From Aplysia californica (Eukaryota), in NCBI RefSeq assembly GCF_000002075.1, contig NW_004797858.1, positions 313,406 through 377,405 of the forward strand: a stretch of DNA of 64,000 bases. Reading direction: 5' to 3'. Positions 12,375-25,130 of this stretch are shown in pieces. The position numbers and the translations under genes were made by a program. The notes beneath the pieces were generated by a model. It made no database searches and was not told where the DNA came from. It was given only the letters and a program-made list of their open reading frames with translations. Within the stretch, counting starts at the first letter, position 1. Each line of letters begins with the position of its first letter.

Positions 12375-13792
12375 GGAAGTGCTTATTTGCAACGCCGCGT
12401 TGCGATTACCGCCAGTGCTAAATAAAACGCAGTGTCGCCGTGTGTAAAATATCAAGCTTAATCTGCACATCGTTATCGGAAGTTCTGATAGCCGAAGTGA
12501 CAGCGCGTTTGCGCTTGAAGTCAAACCATTATTTTTTAGCGTGGGTTCGATCCCGGTCCTGGACGTTTTTCCCCCCCTTGTATTTTTGTTGTTGTTGTCC
12601 TCTTCTCGACTGACCAACAAATTGTTCCCATAATTATATCTTGTATGTATGTAGTATAGGGTTTTACGGCGCTTGCAACTGCTAAGGTCATATGAGCGCG
12701 CGAAACACAAGTTGTTTACTTTCGCAAAAGTTCACTCCACAACTGGTCAACTAATTGGCTTTAAAATGCTAAAATGTTAAAATATTAAAATTTAGTGTAA
12801 ATATATTTGTGATTTAAAACAACTCTTATAGGTAACAAAAATTTTTAATAGTACGTTTTCATTTTTCATTTTACAACTTGCCCTTTATAAAATTCAAAAT
12901 TCTGCTGGGTACAACGACGGAAAAAATATCTTGCAATTTCTTGCATTTATAATACTTCCTTCGGATCTCTCCAAAGTCCAGACATTCTGTTAAGATGTGT
13001 CTAATGGTAAAATCTGTGTCGCATCCGACACAGTTTCAACGGCTTCTCATCTCCCTGTAGGAGGTATTTGTGGGTCAGGGCCGTGTGTCCGATGCGCAAT
13101 CGAGTAAAAAAGTTTTTTTTATGTAGTGATGAAGCATGCACATTCTGGTTTTGTCCCCAAGAGGAGCTCTGTACAAAGTAGGCCTTAGTATAGCCTATAT
13201 ACTTTTCCTTTTACCAATTTAGGCCTAAAGTTCAGTAGTGGCTTTCCTTGGTCTGTGAGTCTTAATTTTTTTTATTTTTTATTTTAGGCTCAGGAGAAAG
13301 GGGGGAAAAAAAACCCTTTCGGGACCGGGATTCGATGCCACGCTTGGAAGCACTGAACATTCGACTTACAGAACGTAGACAGTAAACAGCTTGTATACGT
13401 TTTCCAGGCCTAACTTAAAGTTTGAGTTGCACCGTTTTGTTGTTATCCAAGCGTCTTTCGACTTGCTCAAACTCTAACTCAGATTATTATGGTTATGAGA
13501 GATGAACAAGACGTCTACTTTTGTGCAAACAATGTCAGAAACAATTGTTAGATCTAATCTAGATCTAGATCTACCCAATATTGATCGGAATAAGACAACG
13601 TCATAAAAAAAGGAGTCAAATCCTAGGAGGTTAATAAAAAAACTGAGAAAGCTTCCACAATTCAGGCAGAACTACAATATTATCATGTAGAAACGATGGC
13701 TACTACATCTAAATCTAGATTCTAGATCTAGTACTGGCGTTTCAAATAGCACGGGAGCTATTCAGAACGCGGCGTTGCAAATAGCACTTGCC
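12375..13792. mobile_element. Mutator-like (MULE) non-autonomous element
   Basis: ~60-bp G-initiated TIRs (gg(c)aagtgct(t)atttgcaacgccgcgtt...) flanked by a near-TSD aaatttttta / aaatttttaa. Confidence 0.65.
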
Positions 13793-13940
13793 AAATTTTT
13801 AATGAGCAATTCTTTTAACGTGGGCAGATGAAAGGGAAGGCCTTCCATAACCTGCGACCACTCCAACAAACACAATAGGCCTATATATATGGAAAAGAGC
13901 TAGCCTACCCATAACCCAACCGTTACCCAAAAGGCCGTCG

Positions 13941-14062
13941 TTATTCGGACTCGAGTCCGAATAACATTTTTTCATATTCGGACTCAAGTCCGAATAAAAA
14001 AAATTCTTATTCGGACTCGAGCCCGAATATGAAAATATGTTATTCGGACTCGGGTCCGGAAA
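13941..14062. repeat. Four tandem copies of a 24-bp palindrome TTATTCGGACTCGAGTCCGAATAA
   Basis: Perfect palindrome at 13941-13964 and three variants separated by A/T spacers. Confidence 0.85.
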
Positions 14063-16880
14063 AAAGGGAGTGTCTTCATTCTATAGATCTAACGTTCAGT
14101 GCTTCCAATTTTCCGCCATTTTTTAGTTTCCCCCACACCTTTTCAGCCGATCCGATGCCCGCCGCCTCATTGATACGCCCCCCCCCCCCCCACTTTCTTT
14201 GTTGTAAAAAAAGGGTAAAATTGAAGATTAGCAGACCACCTGGCACCTGCATATTATGAGCTGTGTAAAAAAAAAAACAAGACCGATTCGTTCAAATACA
14301 CAAGCCTGTGTCATATCGATTGTTTACCAAGAAAAAGGTGTGTTGCTGTGTAGAGCTGAGCATACGGCAACTTTTGATTCCATAGACCACCGCACAATTC
14401 ATTACGTAGATCTACGTCAAGACTAGCTTATTATTGTGATAATGATCAGTTGCTGGGGGGGAAAAAGACTGACGCGTATGCAACGTTCAACGCCCGGACC
14501 GATAGTGCCCCCCTCCCTGACACGCACACAGCCACACGTGTGCAGGCCGCCCATCCGACCCCGACACACGCTAACGAGCCATCTTTAATTGCTTTTGATG
14601 ACCTCTTCACTCAAATTCATCATAAGATTAAAACTCGGCTCCTGGACAAAACGCCTTTTTGCCCGAAGTGATCCCGGTCTCTACCCAGCCTGAGGCGAGT
14701 CACGAGTGAGGCAGGACAGGAAGCCGGAGTCACGAGTGACAGGAAGTCGGAAGTGATGTCATGCTGGACAAGAATCAGTCCGAATAGTCATTTCGTACCC
14801 AAAACACTATCCCTTCCTGTTTCAGTGGTCGCGGGCGCTTGTTACGAAATTCCTCATGACCAAAGTGAGCATGCTAGATAGGCTACTATAATAATACATT
14901 GATTGGCTAACTCCAGAGGAATGAGGGAAGCAGGAAGGAGTTCTGCAGAGGGCCAGCCAACCAACAACACACAAAAGAGGGGATATTTTGATAGCAATGC
15001 CAATCGGGCTTTCCCGCGAGGCGAAAATTTGGTCCCCGTTTACGGGCGATTTTGCGGACCCGGACGAAGCGTAGGTGACTAACTTTGTCAACCTCGGTCT
15101 GCTCTATTTCCGAACCAATCGGAATGAAACTCGGCTACCAATCAGAAAATAGGGCAAACTAATGATATGTGGACGTTGAAGTTCGTACACATAAATTAAC
15201 CTATACTTTTGGTGTCGGGAACACTTTCGTATCGTGTACACCGAAAACTATAAGGAGTTTGAATTTCAACGCCCAGATGGTAATAGATCTATCTATCCTC
15301 TATAGTGTGCTCAAATTTGAGAGTACTGTGTCAAGTAGTTGTTTAGACCCGATCGTAAATCTACGACTACCCCCCTATCCAAAGCGGCTTCGCACGGAGA
15401 CCGGCCATTTTCCCCTCACTCCTGTGGCAAATGTCTGTGACCTACAAATCCCCGCATGACTATTCCGGGCCCGTTCATTGGTCACTTGAAATAGGGCAAT
15501 GGCGGGCGCGCGCATCCGGTTGTTTTTCTCTATTCCCCTGTAACATCGCAATGGGGGTATTCCGAGGCGAGGTTATCTCGTCTCGGGGTGTTCGCGTCTC
15601 AACGGGGAAAAAGAATTTTTAATTGTACGGCATGCTAGATTGAATTAATTTATCTTTTACGGTTGGCATGGTCTAAAGTCATCATAAAAAGCTTTGCAAT
15701 TATTTAGTCACGCTGCCCACATATATTCTTAAAGATCCCATGTTGTGATACGATGCTATAAATAAAATGGACTCATCCCAACACCCCTTTTTCGCAAAAT
15801 CGTAATATGTACACCACAATTTTAATTATAACAAAATAACTATGAAATTGGTGGTAAATCTGACTGCAGAAATGATTTCTACACTCAAAAACACATCGGG
15901 TAGCCAAGTTTCTCTCGAACATTTGGATTAGTTACCGAGATATCGTCGATTTTCTTACAGAATCTGCTACTGCGTGGTCCACTTTTTAGGAGTATTTTCC
16001 TATATGTGGGTCATCCATATTTTGCCGACCTTTACAACCCCATAACTTTTTTTATTTATGAACCGTTTCTCAAAATTCAAGAAGCATAATTATCAGAATT
16101 GAAAATTCTTTCTTAGGTACCAAAAAAAAGGGGGCAAAAGTGAAAATTTAAATTTTCATTGGCATTGCTAATTTTGAGCAGGACCCTAACCCTCACATAG
16201 TTTGGTCAATGGACCTTGTCAATGTCACGGTAAGGGCCAACTCTCTGCGGAACTCCTGGAATAAAGGCTGGAATGAGTTTAGTAATGAAAATGAAGTATC
16301 AATCGTAACTTAATTAATGGGTTAGGCGGTTAGGGCAGGGTCAAGAGTAGGACTGCAGGATAGTAGCAGCATAGAAATAGTAATCGCAGGGGCCTAAACC
16401 GGATCATAATCCTGCCTAATAAATGAATTATTAGCCAATCTTTGGCTTTGGTCTGTGAGTGAGACAATGCCGACTGAGCAGGTTGTAGATCAAGGAGAGT
16501 GTAACTTAGTTTAAGTGTAAGCAGGAAGCACTTCCTTAACCAGGGCAGGGACCACAATTAGAGCCTTCTAAATCTAGGCTAGATCTAGATTATAATCCTA
16601 ACACTAACAGTTGCCCCAAACCCAGCTCTAAACCTTGTAGGTCTACTAGCCATAACCCTAATAATTTGTAGTAATCAGGGGGGCGAGCCCGTGTGGGTGT
16701 AGGCAATATAATTACAAGACATGCAGCATTGCAGCAGTTATCAATCGGGACCTCCTACTCCTTGATCTACTTCCGGATCTCGGAATTGCCGAGAAGTGAA
16801 AAAATGTCGGTGGCCGTGACTAATACCAATGGCCCAAAGCCGGGGCATGGCTTTGAGAAGGTAATAAATAACAGACTTAC

Positions 16881-17158
16881 CAAGAAACAAGAACAATTTC
16901 GCTCGTCTTCACGTTGTCTTTTGACAGGAAGTCGAAATCATATGCAATATATCTGACATCGTCCTTTGGAAGACCTGAAATCAGTTCGTCGTAGCTCATG
17001 GCATCAGCATTTGTGGCCGTTGTCTCGACAACAATAGATGCACCGTCATCGGCAAATTTGAAGACACCATATTTCAATTTTGTTTGTTTGACAGAATTCA
17101 AAGAAATTCTGCTGTATACTTCTTTCACAGTATCTGCAATCTTAATCCCAGAAGCCAT
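16881..17158 (-). CDS. CFL: ADF/cofilin, coding exon 1 (MASGIKIADTVK...EIVLVSW)
   Basis: Starts MASG with the Ser3 phospho-site and has the ADF-H features KYGVFKF, LPKDDVRYIAYDFDF and IVLVSW. The exon ends TG|GTAAGT (phase 2). Confidence 0.96.
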
Positions 17159-18617
17159 GGTTTTGATCTTATGTCCGACGGATAGGTAGCCTTGTTCACG
17201 GAAGAGGTCCGATGGTGAATGTGGGATGGTAGGCTAAATCTACTTCCCGTGAAGATCTCGTGAAATCTTGCAGCGCCCTCTCCCGGTCAAGTGATGACAA
17301 ACGTTAGGCCAACTCGCAGAAACTGTGCTGTTCTTGAAAATAAATAATAATTCTCTACTGTAATAGTGCTGGTAAACTGCAGTGACTTAAATTGTTTCAA
17401 TGTAAACCTTCTCAATCTGACAGCGGTTTTATACAGTTTTAAGTCTTATACGAAACAGTCACTGGATAAAATGCGTCAATGCCTATTTTTATCACATTCC
17501 TAATTTGGACAATGACTAGACAGATGATTGGATAAGGACATGAAAGCCAAATAAGGAAGAAAATAGTGATCCATTCATTTCAGGGCCTGATGGGCAAAGG
17601 CCTTAAATGTCTAGAATCGATCGTATGAACCGACAGCTGTGGTTATTTATTCTTTCCTAAACACATTCTAGAATTATTTTTATGCTATTAATAGCAAACA
17701 GCACCCGCCATGCCCTAAAATGACCAAAGAATTAGGTGCTGACTTAGATGCTCAGTGAGCCCCTATACAGACACTTCCTTTAGTAGAGGCCCTATTCTGC
17801 TATAATAATGTCTAGGCTATAACATATGGGTGCTGACCATCCAACAGCTTAAAGTACATAATTAAAATTGTCTCGTTTCTTATCCCAGGAGATAGATCTG
17901 CATTGATAAAATCAAATTATATGCTATGACAAATCTCGCGGCAATATTTCACTCGCAGCTGCGTTTGTTGGAATTTTTTTGCCAAAAGTTGCCACAAAAA
18001 ATGGCAAAAGTTGCCATAAAAGTTGCAATTCATTTTCACGCTTTCAACTCTCTGTGACGACGTATAGCAATATATTGATTAGATTTAACATAACACATTT
18101 ATACATATACATGTGTCCTGTGTATATAATTATATATATATATATATATATATACAAAAGGTAGGATAACAACATCAAATCAAATTACATTACCCTATAT
18201 AACACAAAAAATAGAAAACGCACAGCACGTCAGAACAATAAGAAGAAAAAAATTTACCCACCAACAAATTAAAACACAACAAAGAGGGAAAAATAAAAAA
18301 GAAACAGCAATATAAATAAGATGTAATATACATTCTTCACATGAAAATAACAAATCAATCGTGGTGTCGACAAGTGAGCGATGTTTTAAGCAAAACGGAA
18401 GTGAAAATAACTTTCTTTCTAAAAGTAAAGAAATTCTGTTTCTTTCTTCTTTTTTTCTCTCGATTTTTCATTCCCCGGCGGTGGGTTTTTGTTGTTTTGA
18501 TCTTTTTTTGATTGTTTGTTTTGTTTGGGTTTTTTTCCCCGAAAAAGGCCAAAAATCGCGGCCGCGATTCGCGGGTCGCGGCGCGAGAAACGCAGATTCG
18601 ATGCTAGCCTAGTCTGC

Positions 18618-18812
18618 TATGCTAGCAGTTATAGGAATCTTTTTATTGCTGGCATGCAGACCATCAAAAAGATCAACATGTGGGAGCAAACAAAATATTT
18701 TAGATTATGTTTGGACATCATTTTATTGTGAGCTCATTCTGACAAAGTCCCGCTACTTCGAAGTTTTTAAACTGAAATTTTTAAAAAGATATATATGGCA
18801 CTCAGGAAAAGC
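18618..18812 (+). repeat. Unclassified dispersed repeat (also at ~4127-4345)
   Basis: Shared tgctagcagttata...gcagaccatcaaa...gtgagctcatt(t/c)tgacaaagt(g/c)ccgctac. Confidence 0.6.
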
Positions 18813-21449
18813 CCGCTGTTGCTGATAACAACAATAGTAATTAATGTCAATGTCGTTATTTCTGTACTGTCACAAAATATTTTCTTTAAAAAAAACAACC
18901 CACCTCTAATAAAGATAAAGGGTGGGGTGGGGGTGGGGTGGGTGCAGCAGCTGGTAAAAATTATGGATTTTGAGATGTAGCCTAGGTATCAGCTTCTCTT
19001 ACAACTATTTCATCGCGTAAGAACCCCCTATCATAAAGCCTTATTTTGTCACATACCTGGCGTTAGTCACCACCAGGCATCCTCATAAAGTAGCAATCTT
19101 TTATTTTTCTTTATCGCCGATTTTCTCAAAACGCAGTTTTCTATTTTATATATGTAATACATATACTTTTTAAAAAATAATTCCGCCGTTTTTCATCCAA
19201 TCTCCATTGAATTTTCAGAGAATGAATTAGATTAGAGATCGAAGATATGTTACATTAAAAACTAGGAAGATTTATGGTAACACTAACAATTTGTCCACTG
19301 AATTTTCATTTATAGGCTATAATTAAATAGACATAGAATAGATTTCTATTGTTGGTGCATGGTGTCTTAACACGGATTTTGTGCAAATTGAATACTTATA
19401 ATACCTCAGGAAAAAATTCATTAAACTTTTTCAAATTTGTTTAGAGGAAAAATTCAACACACAAATTTGTAAATCTATTATCTGCTAACATGCATGCAAA
19501 ATAATAACCTGTTTCTATGAAAAATAAGTATGGTACGTATTCATTGCGAAAGACGTGTCAACAAAATTCAATATGGCCACCGTCTGCATGGCAACGAAAC
19601 TTTATTTTCCTCAAATTTGATTTCAGATTTTAAGGCTCCGCACTATATAGCCTACCTGTTATGTATTTGTTATTTGTGTGAAATTTGGTAAAATTTGATC
19701 TACTAATAGTACTAATATAAGCGAGATAACCTTTGGTTTTTGTCTCATTTTTCTCACTGTAGTTAAATTAGAGCATATTATATCGTAACTCTTTATGGTA
19801 AAATACAACATAATAATATAGGCCTACTTTATGTTATAATTGACTTGATAGTTGCGACAGTAAGTAGTAAGTGATATTTGGATGAAACGAGGAGAGTTAT
19901 ACAACATAATACATAATTGTGCCTCTAAAAAGTATTCACCACTGTTCAATGTAGATACATGAATTCATAATCATGGCTTAAGCAACAACAAAATGTGTAT
20001 GTGTGTATGTGTGCGTGTGTGTGTGTGTGGGGGGGGGGGGCTTTTTAATTAAAGAAAAATTTACACTTTAACAGTTATAAGAAGTTGCAAATATGAGCTC
20101 CCCCTTTTCCCTCTTCGAAATTCAAAGCTATTAGTTTAAATTGTACAGTGACGTCATCGTGCACTGTGTGTGAACCAGCACGCCAAGTGAATAGCGCAGT
20201 GGATATTCAGTAAATAGACCTACAAAATAATGTATTATTATATTTATAGATAATCTATAGCTGTGGTTGCGGATTGATGTTCTAACATTTAAAGAATTTT
20301 TAGAAAATACCCACAAAAACTAAACCCTAACAACCAATTATATAATCCACCCCCCAAAAAAACAACAACAAAAAAACAAATTTATTGGACACAAATTTTG
20401 AATAGTATGATAGTTCGAGTAGATATTTAACCTCATATATGGACATATGCCACGCTTCGAAGCGACGATGAGTGATTTTGTTGTTTCGAAGTCACACTAC
20501 TGTAGTGACTACAGCACAAGTGAATCATATGGCCTAGCAGAGCCAGCATAGAGCACAACGACCGGAGTCATGGAGCCATGACAAGAGCACGTTATACGTG
20601 TAGAATTGATGGCTCTAGGATTTATCACCCGGTCGACGTATAATCACCAAAGTACATATTATGCGTTTCTGAATTTACCTAACTGATTTTAGAATAACAT
20701 GCATTGTCTGTATAATAATGTTAATATAATGAAGTAATATAATATTATGGCATTCGAATGACTTAGTCTCGTTTCACATAGCTGCGATTAGCGGAAAATC
20801 GTGAATTTTAATATTAATTAAGTGTGTATTGCTTGAGGAGACTTTTTCGTTTTAAACAATACGACAATATTTCCATAGAAATTTCTGTGTAGATAATCTA
20901 TAGCGGCCATTGTTTGAAAAAAGATGACGGATGACGAAAGTCAAGCCAACGTCTGTTTCTTTTTTCATTTTATTTTATTTTCATTTTTAAAAATCTATTT
21001 ATTGAGGGGGGGGGGGGGGGGGGGGTTGTTTCTTTTAGTTTTTCAAGTTTTTCAAAATTTCTTCGAGTAAAGTCGAGTTTCGTTCATTTCATAATTTATT
21101 GTTCAAACCAGATCATGTATACGAGTCAGAGAATAGGCTATTTATTTGATAAAAAATACACCCGCGACACGCATTTGGCGCGAATGTATCGTGATAGTTA
21201 AGTGATCGAGTATTGTATAATTATCTACATGGTTACCGTTTTTCAATTAATTACAGAAGGCCCAGGCTATTTCTCTGAACAAGTCGAAAAAAAAATGTTG
21301 AAAACCAAAGTAACAAAAAAAAGGTTAATGATATTCAGTTTAGTCTAATGATCTAATGTCTTTTTATATGTCTAGAATATGCCTTTTGTTCTCCTATTCT
21401 AATTAAAATATACGAATTTAACGATATTCCTAATTTATTTCTCTTGCAT

Positions 21450-21605
21450 TATTCACTCTCTCGCGATGTCCGCGTTTCTGTTGTTCGAAACTAACCAACA
21501 CAGCTGTCCAGATCACATGATTTTTGTTGATAGAAGGGGGATAAGTCAGTCATGAGACGAAAACATGAAGGAAGAAGTCAATGATCGATGAGGCATCGAC
21601 TCTTC
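21450..21605 (+). promoter_or_regulatory. RABGEF1: Probable RABGEF1 promoter and non-coding first exon
   Basis: CpG-containing patch with TCTCGCGA (~21459) and E/M-box TCACATGA (21513-21520), ending in donor C|GTGAGT at 21606. The next exon opens at acceptor 23097-23098, upstream of the ATG. Confidence 0.5.
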
Positions 21606-23266
21606 GTGAGTAGATGTTTATGTTGGGGTCTTCTTTTCCATGCAATACTTTTAAATGTAACGGTCAGTGTGTTTATGCAGAGCTAGATCTAGAAATTAAA
21701 TTTTGACTACGTTTGTATCCAGTCATAAAATGGAAGGTAGACTAGATTACTAGATTAGATGTCTAGTCTAGAATCTAGCCTAGCAGCACCGTCACAAGCT
21801 CAGGTTGCTGACTGCTAATTCGTCCGATGATGATAGCCTAGTTTAGTCACAATCATCTCTCTTCTTCTGTGTGTATCACTGTGTTGACAGTTGTGTGTTA
21901 ATGTTGGCCTCTTTCCAGAGACCAGAGTTAACTTAGTACTAGTATACCATCAGTATTTTACACCTACTTTGTTGGGCTGTGGGTAAATTTTTACTTTCAC
22001 TCCCGCACTCCACCTCTAGAGATGCACTGCTACTCTGGGGAGGGGGGGGGGGGGGTGTTAAACTGCAGTTGCTGCGGCAGTAATTGTTTGCTGTAGATAA
22101 CAATAACACATCATAAAGCCACTCTAAAACTGTCGCAAATCAATTATTTTCTAGGAGATTTCAAACCTAGAACTTCAAAATATCTAATTATGGGTTAAAA
22201 GAGGAGGGCATGCCTGTAACCCCGATTTTTTTTTTACTTTTGGGGGACAGGCCTCCCTCACCTTGCTGAAACCCCACGATTGGTCCTATTCGAGCAATTA
22301 ACTATGCTTTTAGGCTTAATGTTATATAGAATAATAGATGTAGCTCGATTAAAAACCATCAAATATTTTAAAAACTATAAATTTGCGACGGAAATGAAGT
22401 TATAATTCTTGTTCAACGCATATATGAAAAAATGGACAACTGGTAGAGCTAAGTGTGAAACGGGAGGGAAAATATAAGAATACCCCTGCTGTGTGCTGTC
22501 GTTTGATTATTACATGTCATATTTCGTATATTGAAACAATATGACAGCGCCATAGACTAGATCTAGATAAGATAGGCTAGAATAAGTATCACCTTGGACA
22601 GCTCCAACTTGCGCTGCACAGTACTCTTCCAGTCATTGTTCACGCTCTGAGCAAAATGGTGTGATTATGAACGTTAAATATAATGGGCATGTTGATACTA
22701 GTTTTAATTGAGATGAGTTTTGATTGTTGTTTTCAAATGTCCTTCCGTTTTATCTCAGGATCCCTATGATAAGCTTTAATATTTATCTGAAAATGAGAAA
22801 TTCATGTTAATGGTGTGTTAGATGTTTTTAGCAGCAGAATTGTAAATATTCAACTGATAAATGAGTATAGAAAATAGTAAAGTTGTTCCCGCATCCGATC
22901 CAGACATTGGGGATTGCCTTGCTAGTGAGACAACTTCTTGGGCCTTTGGCATATTGTGGTAGGGTGGCCAGTTCCTTTCCTTGCCGCCTTTACTTCCCCA
23001 ACTCGAAAGTCAGGTACCCATTACTGGCTAGAAATATAGAATTCTAATTTATAAATATTGCTCATTCTAAAGCAGAATCCGTCTTTTTGCATTTTCAGAC
23101 CAAAGCAGTGGCCAGCTGTGCTGCTAAGTTTGTGAACGGAGCAGACGCAGAGTGACCGGTTCCAGTCAGTTACTCATACTGCAGCATCTTTCATCTTCTG
23201 CCATCATCTGATGAGGCACGACTTGCACCATTCTCCTGACATAAGAAAGAGTAAAGTGTACTCAAA

Positions 23267-23475
23267 ATGTCTGTCAAAGGTACCCAGAACAAGAAAAAGA
23301 ATTTTCACATTGACGAGTCTGAACTTCTGTGCAAAAATGGGTGCGGGTTCTATGGCAACCCGGCTTGGCAAGGATTTTGCAGCAAATGCTACAGAGAAGT
23401 GTACACGCCAGCGAAGCAAGCGCAGATGCAACACGATGCAGCCAAAGCATCGGAACCTTCTCCAGTTGCAAAGAA
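23267..23475 (+). CDS. RABGEF1: Rab5 GDP/GTP exchange factor (Rabex-5), coding exon 1, A20 zinc finger
   Basis: [26 protein letters not shown] is the Rabex-5-type A20 zinc finger. Start context aaaATG; donor AA|GTAAGG. Confidence 0.96.
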
Positions 23476-23526
23476 GTAAGGGAAAAATCTTGTTTCTTTT
23501 TAAAATGTTGGTGTTTTAATTTTTAA

Positions 23527-23847
23527 CCCTATGAACCCGAGTGGCTCCCTGGGGGCGATTATGCTCCACGCTAATACAGTCGAACCTGCTCTTGGGGTCA
23601 TATGTATAAGACAACCACCCGTACAAAAGACCACTTCCCTTTTCCTCCCTTGCGTAGTTTTTATATCAAAGTGGCACTGTGTAAGACGACCACCTGTTTA
23701 AGACGGCCACGTTTCTCATCAACAATGGGTCGTGGGCTTAGACAGTTTGGACTGTGTACCTAGTAGGCTTTTAGCACCCTGAGGGCAATAGCGCTCTATG
23801 CAAGGGTTAGGCAGGTACTGGGGCTGGGTTGCCTCAGGGGGCCAGGG
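23527..23847. mobile_element. piggyBac-like MITE with a nested pogo-like MITE (23577-23754)
   Basis: TTAA|CCCT...AGGG|TTAA; inner element CAGTCGAACCTG...CAGTTTGGACTG. Confidence 0.65.
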
Positions 23848-24509
23848 TTAAGATTCCATCAACACAGTTTAAATCATTTAGGAGGTGGCCCCCGACCCTG
23901 GCTTTCAGGGCCAATCTGAGTTGAGAGGGATACACATTTCTACAGAAAGATGTCAGACGTGCACGATAAAGATCCTCCCCACTTTGGTATCAACCTTGGG
24001 TGTCCTACATGGAGCTTCCTTTGCGTGTCTAAAGCAATCTTGTCTTTGTCATTCTCAAGAAGACATGTCATAAAAACATCTCCAACTTCTCCTTTTCATG
24101 GTCATGGTTATAATATATTCAATCCCAGTTCTCTCCAGCACTTCATTGTTAAGGACAAGTTCGTTCCGTTTTATCAATAAAATTCTTTAAGTAAAACAAC
24201 ATGGGTGGTTGGTGGGTGCTCCGGTGTAGTTTGCTCCTTCTTTTCTATCAAATATCTATCGCCCTTATTTCTTCTTGTGGGTGGTTGGTGTCTGATCTGG
24301 TGTAGTTTGCTCCTTCTTTCTTTTATCAAACTTCTATCATCCTTAAATCTCTCTTCCTTTTTTGTGTGTTTGTTACTCTTGTAGCACCACTAATCTTTGG
24401 CTCTTATATGACCTAATCGTGTTGTGTTACTAAACACTAAATGTAATAGTTCAGTGTACACGTATTATAGTTGGCTAATTTGTTTGTTATGATCTTTGCT
24501 TTGTTGCAG

Positions 24510-24628
24510 AGTCCTTGCTCTGGCCGATGTGAAGGCATCATTTTCCCGATTTGAGGAGAAGAAGACACAGCAAGTCAACAAAAGGAGTAACACTTTCAAG
24601 TCTTTCCTCCGCAAGACGCCTAACAAAG
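24510..24628 (+). CDS. RABGEF1: Rabex-5 coding exon 2
   Basis: ttgttgcAG acceptor; encodes FSRFEEKK...FKSFLRK (Rabex-5-like); donor G|GTAAGT; phases consistent. Confidence 0.92.
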
Positions 24629-24724
24629 GTAAGTGGTTATCACTCAAGTGTGTGTGAAGTGGTCAACATTTGCCTTTACTCACAACTTACTTTGACCCTC
24701 CAAACGTTAAATCGCCCAACCAGG

Positions 24725-25130
24725 GCAGTGCTACTGACTGAAGTGTCTTTAGGCCGTTCCCAAAGGGGGGATATTAACATGTTCTTATATGCACAGCAGA
24801 ATTATAAATGGGCTGATTTATCAATGTCATGCTCATTCATAATGTGCTGGAATAACATAGGGGGAACTGCTGCTTTTTCTTTCCTCATTTTTACTCTCGT
24901 CATTTTTTCCTCTACTTCTTTTGTGCGTTTGTCACTTTCTTGTGACCCGCTATTTCCGAGGTGCCTTGATAATTGAAGCAGACTTTGTGCTTTTGAGGCT
25001 AGAGATGTGAACAGAGAAAGCCTGATTCTCCGTTTGGACTTTTCCGTTGACATGCACCCTTTGGCGCTTATGTGACCTTATATTATGCAGTTGCAAGCGC
25101 CTTAAAACCTTACTAAAAAAAAAAAAAAAA
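24725..25130 (+). mobile_element. Second copy of the longer LINE-like 3' fragment, with poly-A tail
   Basis: Colinear with 1560-1945; A20 tail at ~25115-25134. Confidence 0.7.

Noticed and set aside
13941-14062. CRISPR-like palindromic repeat array
   Set aside because: Spacers are ~9 nt of A/T, there are no cas genes, and the context is a eukaryotic intron.
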